Assembly: GCA_030390025.1 (NCBI GenBank)
Contig: CM059431.1
Location: forward strand, 148,678,001-148,742,000
Source: Squalus acanthias
Lineage: Eukaryota
Direction of reading: 5' to 3'
Length of the DNA stretch: 64,000 nt
Shown here: positions 25,266-36,573 of the stretch, piece by piece
Position numbering within the stretch: position 1 is the first letter of the stretch
Layout: every line of letters begins with the position of its first letter
Position numbers and translations under genes: made by a program
The notes under the pieces: generated by a model
Told to the model about the DNA's origin: nothing
Databases searched by the model: none
What the model saw: the letters and a program-made list of their open reading frames with translations, nothing else

Positions 25266-26321
25266 ATCTAATGCACGGCATGGTTACTGACACAGAGTCA
25301 CAGGAACAAATCCTGGCAGATCACACCCACATCTTTAAATGTCTGAAATATTGGCGAATCATTCAGTTCCAGTCAGTGAGTTCTTTCCCACCATCTCCAG
25401 CTCTGCATTAGTGGCACTGCTTCTGAAGGTTAGAAAAGGATTACTAGGATAATTTACATTCTCAAAAAACGTTCACTCAGACATATTTCAATGCATTTAT
25501 TTCCAATCTTTGGTTTGAATTTACAATTGGATCCCATGCACACATGTCACAGTTCAGTGGATCTCTCAGTGAGACCCAGAGTGATTCTATATCGCCTCCT
25601 GCTGTACTGCAGGATAAACAATCCCAGATGATTGTAACTGAAGCACTGAAGATAAGAAAATCCTTTAATATTTTCTCGACTAATATTCTCTGCACAAGTT
25701 GGAAAACAACAGGCGAAAAAGTACAAGGATAAATCTCTTCCATTTGAGTTCAGATACTTTACAAAACCATTCGACGGCTCGTTGCCTGTTGAATAAGTCG
25801 CGTGATTATGATGCGAATAAATGCATTTAGTGGGATATTACCTGATCAATTTTAACTATTTATTTTAATTCAGAGTCCATTCTTTGCAATGTTATTTGGA
25901 AAATCTTCCTTTCAATGAGCCACAAATTGAGTATTTCAACAAAACTTTAGAAAGCTCAATCTTCAAATCACTTCTTACATCCCAGTTATCTTTATAACTG
26001 CAGGGCACTTGTATTTATTTTATCAATATTTTCCTATTACAAGCGCAAATTTTAAATTCAGTTGGCTGTAATTAATGCACGCCAAGTTTACAGTTTCTGT
26101 ACTTCGCCGTTGCATTCATTTTCAGTCCTCAATCTAATGGATATCTAACCAGAAGCAGGAATACACGCAGTATTTCCCCCTCTCTAACATAAAGGGCACT
26201 GAACCAAATTGCTCCGCTCCAAATGCTGACTGATCCCGGGACACGGAGGCTTCCTGAGAGCTTCTGGTCCTTTGTGTCCCTGGTACCTCGGGCGGTGCTT
26301 TTGTCTGCTGAGCTAAATGTA

Positions 26322-29300
26322 GATCATAGAATCATAGAATATAGGAGCAGGAGTAGGCCATTCGGCCACTCTAGCCTGCTCCAGCATTCAATGCGAATAT
26401 GGCTGATCATCCAAATTCAGTACCCTGTCCCTGCTTTCTCCCCATATCCCTTGATCCCTTTAGCCTTAAGAAATATATCTAACTCCTTCTTGAATCTATT
26501 TAATGAATTGGCCTCTACTGCCTTCTGTGGCAGAGAATTCCACAGTTTTACCTCTCTCTGGGTGAAGAAATTCCTCCTCATTTCTGTCCTAAATGGCTTA
26601 CCCCTTAGCCTTAGAATGTGACACTTGGTTCTGGACTCCCCGACCATCGGGAACATCCTTCCTGCTTCTAGTTTGGCCTGTCCTGTCAGAATTTTATATG
26701 TTTCAATGAGATCCCTTCTCATTCTTCGAAACTCCAGCGAGTATAAGCCCAATCGACCCAATCTCTCTTCATACGTCATTCCTGCCATCCCAGGTATCAG
26801 CCTTGTGAATCTTCGCTTCACTCCTTCCATGGCAAGAACATCCTTCCTCAGAAAAGGCGACCAAAACTGCGCACACTACTCAAGGTGTGGTCCCACCAAG
26901 GCCCTGTACAACTGCAGCAAGACATCCTTGTTCATGTACTCAAACCCTCTCGCTATGAAGGCCAAAAAACATTGGCCTTCTTAAACGCCTGCTGCACCTG
27001 CATGCTTACCTTCAGCGACTGGTGCACAACGACACCCAGGTCTCGTTGCACCTCCCCTTCAACCAATCTATTGACATTTAGATAATAGTCTGCCTTTCTG
27101 TTTTAGACACCAAAGTGGATAACCTCGCATTTATCAACGTTATAATGCATCTGCCACGCTTCTGCCCAATCACCCAACCTTTCCAAATCATCCTGGAGTT
27201 TCTCGGCATCCTGCTCGCAGCACACACGCCCACCCAGTTTTGTGTCGTCAGCAAACATGGAGATATTACATCGAGTTCCCTTGTCTCGATCATTAATATA
27301 TATTGTGAATAGCTGTGGTCCAAGGACCGATCCCTGCGTTACCCCGCTCGTCACTGCCTGTCACTCGGATAAAGACCCGGTTATTCCAATTCTTTGCTTT
27401 CTGTCTGCCAAACAGTTCTCTATCCAAGGCAATACCTTGCCCACAATCCCATGTGCCTTAACTTTACACGCTAATCTCTTATGCGGGACTTTATCAAAAG
27501 CCTTTTGGAAGTCGAAATACACCACATCGACTGGTTTTTGCTTATCTATTTTTCCAGTTACATCCTCAAAAAACTCCAGTTGATTCGTCAAGCATGATTT
27601 ACCTTTTGTAAATCCATGTTGACTTTGACCGATCCTGTCACTGTTTTCCAAGTGCTCAGCTATTACATTTTTTATAATGGACTCAAGCGTCTTTCCCACT
27701 ACCGATGTCAGGCTTACCGGTCTGTAATTCCCCGTTTTCTCTCGACCACGCTTTTTGAATATTGCGGTAATATTAGCTACCCTCCAATCCATGAGTACTG
27801 CTCCAGATTCCATCGAATGTTGGAAGATGATCAGCAATGCATATACTATTTCTAGGGCCACTTCCTTAAGTACCCTAGGATGTAGATTATCAGGCCCTGG
27901 GGATTTATCGGCCTTCAATCCCTTCAATTTCCCTAACACCATTTCCCTACAAATATTGATTTATTTCAGTTCCTCCCTTTCATCAGACCCTCTGTTCCCC
28001 AATATCTCTGGGAGGTTATTTCAGTCCTCCAATGTGAAGACAGAATTAAAATATGTATTTAATTGGTCTGACATTTCTTCTTCCCCCATTATAGGTTCCC
28101 TGATTCTGACTGCAAGTACCTATGCTTGATTTCACTAATCTTTTTCTCTTCACATATCTATAAAAGCTTTTAAACTCAGTTTTTATGTTCCCTGAAAGCT
28201 TACTCTCATAATCTATTTTCCCCTTCTTAATTAATCCCTTTGTCCTCATTTGTTGTATCTTAAACTACTCCCAATCCTCAGGGTTACTGCTTTTTCTGGC
28301 AAATAATATGTCCTCTCCTTGGATCTTATGCTATGCCTAATTTCCCTTGTTAGCCACGGTTGAGTCACCCTTTTTTGTTTTAACCTCATGCCAAATTTGG
28401 ATGAACAAATTCTACAGTTCGTCCATGCGGTCTTTCAATGTTTGCCATTGCATATTAACCGTCAACACTTTGAGTGACATTACTCAATCAATCCTGCCCA
28501 ACTCGCACCTCATGACATCGTAGTTTCCTTTAGTTAAATTCAGGACCCTAGTCTATGAGTCAACTACTTCACTCTACATCCGAATGAAGAATTCTATCAT
28601 ATTATGATCGCTCCGACCCAGGAGGCCTCGCAGAACAAGATTGCTAATTAATCCTTTCTCATTGCATATTACCCAGCCTAAGATAGCCTGATCTCTGGTT
28701 GGTTCCTCGACATATTGGTCCAGGAAACCATCCCGTAAACACTTCAGGAATTCCTCCTCCATAGTATTGTTACTAATTTGGTTAGCCCAATCTGTATGTA
28801 TATTAAAGTCACCCATGATGACTGCTGTGCCCTTATTCCACGCTTCCCTAATTTCCGTTTTAATGCCATCCCCAACCTCCGCATTACTGTTTGGAGGTCT
28901 ATATATCACTCCCACAAACGTTTTCTGCCCCTTGTTAATTCTCAGTTCAACCCATACAGATTCCACATCATCAGAGCTAATATCCTTCCTTCCAATTGTG
29001 TTAATCCTCTCTTTAACAAGCAATGTTACCCCACCTCCCTTTCCTGTTTGCCTATCTTTCCTGAATGTTGAGTACCCCTGGATGTTGAGTTCACAGCCTT
29101 GGCCACCCTGGAGTCATGTTTCGGTAATCCGAATCAAATCATATTCGTGTACCTCTATTTGCGCAGCTAATTCATCCACCTTGTTCCGAATGCTCCTTGC
29201 ATTAAGACAAAAAGCCATCAGGCTTGTTTTTTTAACGCTCTTAGACCTATTAGAATTAGTATTTACTGTTGCCACTTTTGATTTAAATCGTTGCTTTCTC

Positions 29301-29730
29301 TGACTGCCACTTTTGTTTTTTCTCATTCCTATCTTTTGCTATTATCATTGTTTCCCTTTCCTCTGACTCCCTGCTCAGGTACCCAACCCCCTGCCATTTT
29401 AGTTGAACCACTCCCCCTAGTACATCGGTCCCGGCCCTGCCCAGATGTAGACCGTCTGGTTTGTACTGGTCCCACCTCCCCCTGAACCGGTTCTAATTAC
29501 CCAGGAATTTGAATCCCTCCCCTTTGCACCATTCCTCTAGCCACGTATTCATTTGAAATATCCTTCTATTTCTACTCTGACTCGCACGTGGCACTGGTAG
29601 CAATCCTGAGATTACTACTTTTGAGGACCTATTTTTTAATTTACCTCCTAACTCCCTGCTTTTAGGACCTCATCCCGTTCTTACTCCCCTTCGAAAATGC
29701 TCTGTAGCCGCTATGAGACATCCTTGACCA
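26322..29730 (-). mobile_element. CR1, 5'-truncated in ORF1, decayed
   Basis: [42 protein letters not shown] tail at 26322. Confidence 0.93.
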
Positions 29731-30015
29731 TTTAATCTCTCATTGATCAAACATCTGTTACTTTCCTGTTGTATTCAGCCCCGATTCATTGATCGATTCT
29801 TCAATGTATTTCCGATTATTCTTACAATAAACCTGTATTCAGCTTCACGGGTAATCCAATGAGATTATATAATTGAATGTCGCTAATGAGTTGCTGATTT
29901 CTCCCCGAATTCCTTCAAACTGCTGCTCCTGCTCCAAGCCTGATGTATAATTTCCCTCTTTATTTCCCCTCCTAGCCTGATGTATAATGTCACTGTTTAT
30001 TTCCCTTGCTCACAG

Positions 30016-30917
30016 TGAACTTAGTGACGATTATGATCCTGTCTCGGGGAAAGTGCGGTCTCTCCAAATGTGTCACTCGCTACCTGCTGGCCATGGCAGC
30101 GGCGGATCTACTGGTCGTTTTCCTCGACCTGATATTGAGGCACATTCCGATTGTTTATTTGGAACATTTTCAGTTCGTGCGATCCATCCCCGTGTGTAAT
30201 ATCCATGCCGTCCTGCTTTATGCAGCCACAGACTGTTCTGTCTGGTTCACCGTCACTTTCACCTTCGATCGATTTGTGGCCATTTGTCGCCAGAAGCTGA
30301 AAACGAAATATTGCACGGAGAAAACGGCGGCTGTGATTCTGGGAACAGTGACTGTGCTGAGCGGCTCAAAGAACATTTCCTGGTATTTTATGTTCGAAAC
30401 TTGGTATGGGCTTTGGAACATGCCCTGGTTTTGTGAGGTAACAATCGATGTTATGAAATCACGTGCCTGGGCAGCAATCGAGCTCCTTCATTATAGTTTC
30501 ACCCCGGCGGTCCCATTTGTTCTGATTCTGCTGTTCAATGCTCTCACAGTCAGACACATTTTAGTGGCCAGCAAAGCCCGCAGGAGACTCCGGGGTCCCT
30601 GCATTGGGGAGAGTCAGAGAGACCCAGAGATGGAGAGCCGCAGGAAATCCATCACTTTACTGCTTGTTATCTCGGGCAATTTCATCCTGTTATGGGCAGT
30701 GTTTATGGTGATTTATATATGGAGCCGGATAGGGTCTATCAGTCCTGTGTCTGTAAATGCTCCTCTTTATTTACAGGAATTGGGATTGATGCTGCAGATG
30801 CTGAGTTGCTGCACAAACACAGGGATTTATGCCGTGACCCAGACTAAGTTCAGAGAGCAGTTGAAGAATATGGGAAAATATCCCTTTACTCTGATTGTAA
30901 CATTCATTAAAGGATAA
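30016..30917 (+). CDS. GPR139/GPR142-like class A GPCR, coding exon 2 (TM1 to TM7)
   Basis: Acceptor TTGCTCACAG|TG; YLLAMAAADLL (TM2), FTFDRFVAIC (TM3), NFILLW (TM6), SCCTNTGIY (TM7); open to TAA at 30915-30917. Confidence 0.93.
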
Positions 30918-30971
30918 TGTTAAACGGATAATTTGCAGCCTGACAGCTATCTTGGTGTGATTTTTTTTAAA

Positions 30972-33012
30972 CATTTTTATTCGTGTATGGGATCTAGGCG
31001 TCGCTGGAAATGCCAGCAATTATTGCCCATCCCTATTAGCCCTTGAGAAGGTGGTGGTGAGCCGCCTTCTTGAACAGCTTCAGTCTGTGTGGTGAACGTA
31101 CTCCCACAGTGCTGTTAGGTAGGGAGTTGCAAGATTTTGTACCAGCGATGATGAAGGATGGGCGATATTTTTCTATTTCAGGATGTTTTGTGACTTGGAG
31201 GGGAACTTGGAGGTGGTGGTGTTCCCATACACCTGCTTCCCTTGTCCTTCTAGGTGGAAGAGGTATCGGGTTTGGGAGGTGCTGCCGAAGAAGCCTTGGC
31301 GATTTGCTGAAGTGCATTCTGTAGATGGTATACACTGCAGCCACGGTACGCCGGTGGTCGAGTGATGAATGTTTAAGCTGTTTGATGGGATGCCAATCAA
31401 GCGGGCTGCTTTGTCCTGGATGGTGTCGAGCTTCTTGACTGTTATTGGAGCTACACTCATCCAGGCAAGTGAAGAGTATTTCATCACACTCCTTATTTGT
31501 GACTTGTAGACTGTGGAAAGGCTTTGGGGAGTCACAGGTAAGACACTCGGCGCTGAATACCAAACCTCTGAACTGCTCTTGCTCCAAATATTTATGTGGC
31601 TGGTGCAGTTAAGTTTCTGGTTAATGGTGACATCCAGGATGTGGATAGTGGGGGATTCGGCGATGGTAATGCCACTGAATGTCAAGGGGAGGTGTTTAGA
31701 CTCTCGCTTGTTGGAGATAGTTATTGCCTGGCAGTTCTGTGGTGTGGATGTTACCTGCCAATTATCAGCCCAAGCCTGAAAGTCGTGCAGGTATTGTTGC
31801 ATGCGGGCATGGACTGCTTCATTATCTGTTGAGTTGTGAATGGCGCTGAACAATGTGCAGTCAACCAGCGAACATCCCCATTTCTGACCTTATGTTGGAG
31901 GGAAGGTCATTGATGGACCAGCTGAAGATGGTTGGGCCCAGGACACTGCCCTTAGGAACTCCTGCAGTGATATCATGGGGCTGTGATGATTGACCTTCAA
32001 CCACCAAAACTATCTTCCTTTGTGCTAGATATGAATCCAGCCAGTGGAGCGTTTTCCCCCTGAATCCCATTGACTTCAGTTTTAGGGGCTCCTTGATGCC
32101 ACACTCGGTCAAATGCTGCCTTGAAGTCAAGGGCAGTCACTCTCCCCTCACCGCCAGAATTCCACTCCTTTGTGCATGTTTGCACCAAGTCTGTAATGAG
32201 GTTGGGAGCCGAGTAGTCTTGGCGGAACCCAAACTGGGAATCAGTGAGCAGGTTATTGGTGAGTGTGCCGCTTGATAGCACTGTCGATGATACCTTCCAT
32301 CACTTTGTTGAGGATTGAGAGTAGATGATGGGGCGTTAATTGGCCGGTTTGGATTTGTCCTGCTTTTTGTGGACAGGACATACCTGGGCAGTTTTCCACA
32401 CTGTCGGATAGATGCCAGTATTGTAGCTGTACTGGAACAGCTTGGATAGAGGCGTGTCTAGTTCTGGAGCACAAGTCTTCTGCACGATAGCCGGGACGTT
32501 GTCGGGGGCCCATCGCCTTCTCTGTATCCAGTGCACTCAGACGTTTCTTGATATCACGTGGAGTGAATGGAATTGGCTGAAGATTGGCTTCTGTGATGGT
32601 GGGGATCTCGTGAGTAGGCCGATATGGTCCATCCCCTCGGCAGTTCTGGCTAAAGTTGGTTGTAAACGCTTGAGCCATGTCATTTGCACTCACATGCTGG
32701 GCTCCACCACCATTGAGGATGGGGATATTCTTGGAGCCTCCTTCTCCCGTTAGTTGTTTAAGTGTCCCCCACCATTCATGACTGGATGTGGGAAGCCTGA
32801 AGAGCTTTGATCTAAGCGTTCATTTTGGGATGCTTCGCCTTGTCTATAGCATGCTGCTTCCGCTTTTTAGCATGCATGTAGACTTGTGTTGTAGCTTCTC
32901 CAGTTTGGCACCTCATTTTAAGTTGCACCTGGTGCTGCTCCTGGCATGCTCTTCTACACTCGTTGTTGAACCAGGGTTGGTCCCCTGCTTGTTGGTAATG
33001 GTAGAGGTAACC
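30972..33012 (-). mobile_element. Second LINE family (CR1-like), 5'-truncated and decayed
   Basis: SQFGFR, ALDFKAAFDRVWH, GVP.GSVLGP, IQDKAARLIG. Confidence 0.88.
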
Positions 33013-33080
33013 ATTCGATATATTGTGGAGAGCCGCAATCCCCGGGCCGCACGACCTCCCGCTGGCGTGGAAATTCACAT

Positions 33081-33372
33081 CACAAAGATGGCGCAAACGG
33101 CGCCCGTCACAACTAGGGCGACGCAGTTTCCTCGCACAAAGATAACGGCGCCGCCGCGCCGCCGCGCCGCACAAAGTTGGTGGTTCCGTTACCTAGCACC
33201 AAATGGCAGAACGCACGTTCCGCACAAAGATGGCGGCTCCGGAGCCGGGCACAAATATAGCGGCTCTGGCGCCCCTAACAAAGATCGCGGCGCTGGCGCT
33301 ACGCACAAAAATGGCGGCTCTGGCGCCCCGCGTAATAATGGCAGCTCCGGCGCCCGTAACAAAGATGGCGGC
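33081..33372 (+). repeat. About 27-bp CpG-rich tandem array carrying YY1-like motifs
   Basis: About 10 units of CACAAAGATGGCGGCTC.GGCGCC.. Confidence 0.8.
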
Positions 33373-33424
33373 ACTGGTTACAACATTATAACCCTTTGTA
33401 CAACATTATGATAATAAATAAATG

Positions 33425-33838
33425 TTTTTTTATTCATTCTTCTAATGTGGGCATCGCTGGCAAGGCAAGCGTTTGTTGCCCATCCGTAATTGCCCTGGAG
33501 AAGGTTGTGGTGCGATGCCTTATACAATTGAGTGGCTTGCTCGGACATTTCAGAGGAGCAGTTAATAATCAACCACATTGCTGTGGATTTAGAGGCACAT
33601 TGTGTCCAGGATGGGTAAGGACGGCAGATTTCCTTCCCTGAAGGACATTAATGAACCAGCTGTGTTTTTACTACAATCCGGTAGTTTCATGTTCATCATT
33701 ACTGACATTAAACTTTTGTTCCAGATTTGTTTAATGAATCCAATTTAAATTCCACAGCTGTTGGGACTTGAATTCAGGATCATTCATCCACGCATCTGGT
33801 TTACGAGTCCAGCAACAAAACCACTATCCTAACGTACC
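33425..33838 (-). mobile_element. tRNA-derived SINE
   Basis: Homologous to 14762-15212. Confidence 0.75.
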
Positions 33839-34294
33839 CTTCAAATATATCGCCGTTCCTTCATCGTCACTGGGACAAAAGCCTGAAATTTCTTCCGTAA
33901 CAGTTTTGTGGGAGCACCTTCACCACACGGACTTCAGCGGCTCAAGATGAAGGCCCACCATTTTCTCATGGGTAACTAGGGATGGGCAAGTAATACCGGC
34001 CTTCACAGCGCCGCCCATATCCTGAGAACAAATAAATATAAATAATAAAATGGGAATAAAATCACTGATTATGAAATTCACGGATTGAAACCAGGCGAGG
34101 CCTGTGATCAGAGCGGAGCATCATGTTCCACCAAAAACATTGTCAACTCAACTTGGCTCACCAATTTTATGGTTTTATGATTGATATTTCTTTCACTTTC
34201 CCAATTTCCCTATACTTGCAAAAGGTGCTTGATAAAGTAACACATTTTTCCAAAATTGAAGCCCATGGGATTAAAGTGGCAGTGGCAACAGTGA

Positions 34295-35265
34295 GTGGTG
34301 CGACTTATGTCAGTATTACAGTGAGTGGTGTGGGGTGAAACCTTCCAGAGTGTGGCATGTATCAGAGTGCTACAGTGAGGAATGTGAGGTATATCAGTAT
34401 TACAGAGAGTGGTGTGGGAATAATAGTCCAGTGTGTGGCATGAATCAGAGTGTTACAGTGAGGGGTGTGGTGTATGTAAGATTGTTACAGTGAGGCGTGT
34501 GTGATATATAAGAGAGAGTGAGAATTGTGGGGTATATCAGATGTTTAAAGTAAGGGGTGTGGGGTATATCAGTGTTAGAGTAATGGGTGTGGAATATATA
34601 AGTGTGTTATAGCGAGGGATGTGGGATAACGAAGAGTATTACAGTGAGGGATGTGGGAATATCATAATGATACAGTGAGGGTGTGGGTTATATTAGAGTA
34701 TTACATTGAGGTGTGTGAAGTATATCGGTGTATGTTACAGTGTGGGGTGTGGGCTATATAAGAGTGTTACATTGAGTGCAGTGGTGTGTAATATACTGTT
34801 CCAGTGAGGGGTGCGGGCTATATAAGAGTGTTACAGTGATTGGTATGGTGTATAGCAGAGTGGGTTACAGTAATGGAGGTGGAGTATATCAGAGTGTTAT
34901 AGTGAGGGGACCGGATTATATCAGAATGGTGTAAGATATATCAGTATTACAGTGAGGTGTGTGTGGTATATGAAAGGATTACAGTGAGGTGTGTGTGGTA
35001 TATCAGAGTGTTACAGTGAGTGATGTGTGGTAAATCAGAGTGTTACAGTGAGGTGTTTAGGGTGTAACAGAATGTTCCAGTGAGGGGTGTGGTCTATTTC
35101 AGTGTGTTACAGTGAGGGGTGTTGTGTATATCAAAGTGTTACAATGAGTGATGCCGGGTAAATCAGAGTGTTACAGTGTGGGGCGTAGGGTATATCAAAG
35201 TCTTAAATTCAGGGGTTTGCGGCATATCAGAGTTTTAAAGTATTGTGTGTGGCGTATATCAGAGT
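34295..35265. repeat. About 32-bp minisatellite, roughly 29 copies
   Basis: Unit approximately GTGTTACAGTGAGGGGTGTGGGGTATATCAGA. Confidence 0.9.
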
Positions 35266-35700
35266 GACCTCCATGGTGAACTCCATGATGAAGCAGAAGA
35301 CCTCAAAATGGTTAGTTTTGGAATCAGTGAAAAACCGAGGTATGGCCTCTCAAAAGCTTTATTTCGGCGGTAGTAGAGAAAGATCCCTAAAGCCGGTTCC
35401 TTGGGAATACTGTGAGTCCCGTATGCGGGAGACCAGGAAGACTCCCTGAACCAGGTGGAATGGGACACACCCAGCGCCCTATATAATTGCAGTAAGACCA
35501 TTCTGTACCACATTCATCACAAATGTCACATAGGGGCTACACACGATTCCTCCATTAAGGTCCTGATTCTGGTTAACCTCATTGTTTGCAAACAATCTTT
35601 CTAATTGCCTCTTCATTAACTCGTCGTGTTCCTCCATACTTTCTATAGGTATTCTGCTAACTCCCGCTAACCTTGCCATGGCTCCTATTCATCGCCAATC
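35266..35700 (-). mobile_element. Possible internally deleted Gypsy-type LTR element remnant
   Basis: Minus strand: PBS-like TGGCGATGA, gag-like MARLAGV...LERLFANN, purine tract, then TGT.. segment with TATATA and AATAAA. Confidence 0.35.
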
Positions 35701-36573
35701 TGACAGCCCTGGCTTCCTTCTCGATTTAAACTGACTCTCCTTCTGCTCCTCGTCTTCCTCAGCCCTTGGTTCCTATTTTCTGTTCTTTACTAGCACATTA
35801 TTTACTAATTCTCCTTCCATTTTGCCTATTAATTGTGAATAACTCCCATCACATAATCTGGTTTACAGATTCAAGTTCAACGTAAACGCAACCAGTATAA
35901 TTTCAACACACACATCATTATATAATACATTTGCTGATTCAATTATTTCTAGTCCATCAACGTTTGGGTTATTTTGCTGGATCGGACAGGTAGAGATCTG
36001 TATGTGAGGTGGGATGTCTTTCTTTTGGTCTCACAAAGTTTTTAGTGTTACGTTGATCACCATCAGCGTTTGTACTTGGCAAAGCAATAGTTAATATTAC
36101 TTATCAACATAAGACATTTGTTACTTTAAAATAACTTGCTGAAGTTTTCTTGTAAGTTGTTATTGAAGTCTTTTACAATGTTCTCGAATTACTTTTTGTC
36201 CGAGTCTGATATTAAGGGGTAGAAATTAGGTCGCGCCCCATTTGGGGCGCAAATATCGTCCGCGCGCAAATATTAGCGCCTGGCGCTAATTATCGGCACT
36301 GACAGGAAACTTCACTTTTACCGCCCCGGGAGGTGAGTGGAGCGCTAAATTAGGCGCTGCACACCTCTCTTAAGGCGCAAAGGCCTAGGAGTGAGGCGCT
36401 ACCTCAGCGCACGAGCGCAGCGCAGCTGCTGCCAGTTAGCGAGGGAACACAGACACACTGGCGCCGGACACTTCTTAAAGCGGGGGGGGGGCACTTGCTC
36501 CCCAGCCACACCCTGCTCATTGCAGCCTTGAATCTCAGCCTGGAGAGACCTGTAATCCATTTTGCTGCCAAGC

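Noticed and set aside
26230..26285. Hairpin GGGACAC...GTGTCCC as a microRNA-like structure
   Set aside because: Short stem with no other evidence
30006..30015. Single-exon GPCR starting at TTG 30006
   Set aside because: Lacks the N-terminus and half of TM1; this stretch is the splice acceptor
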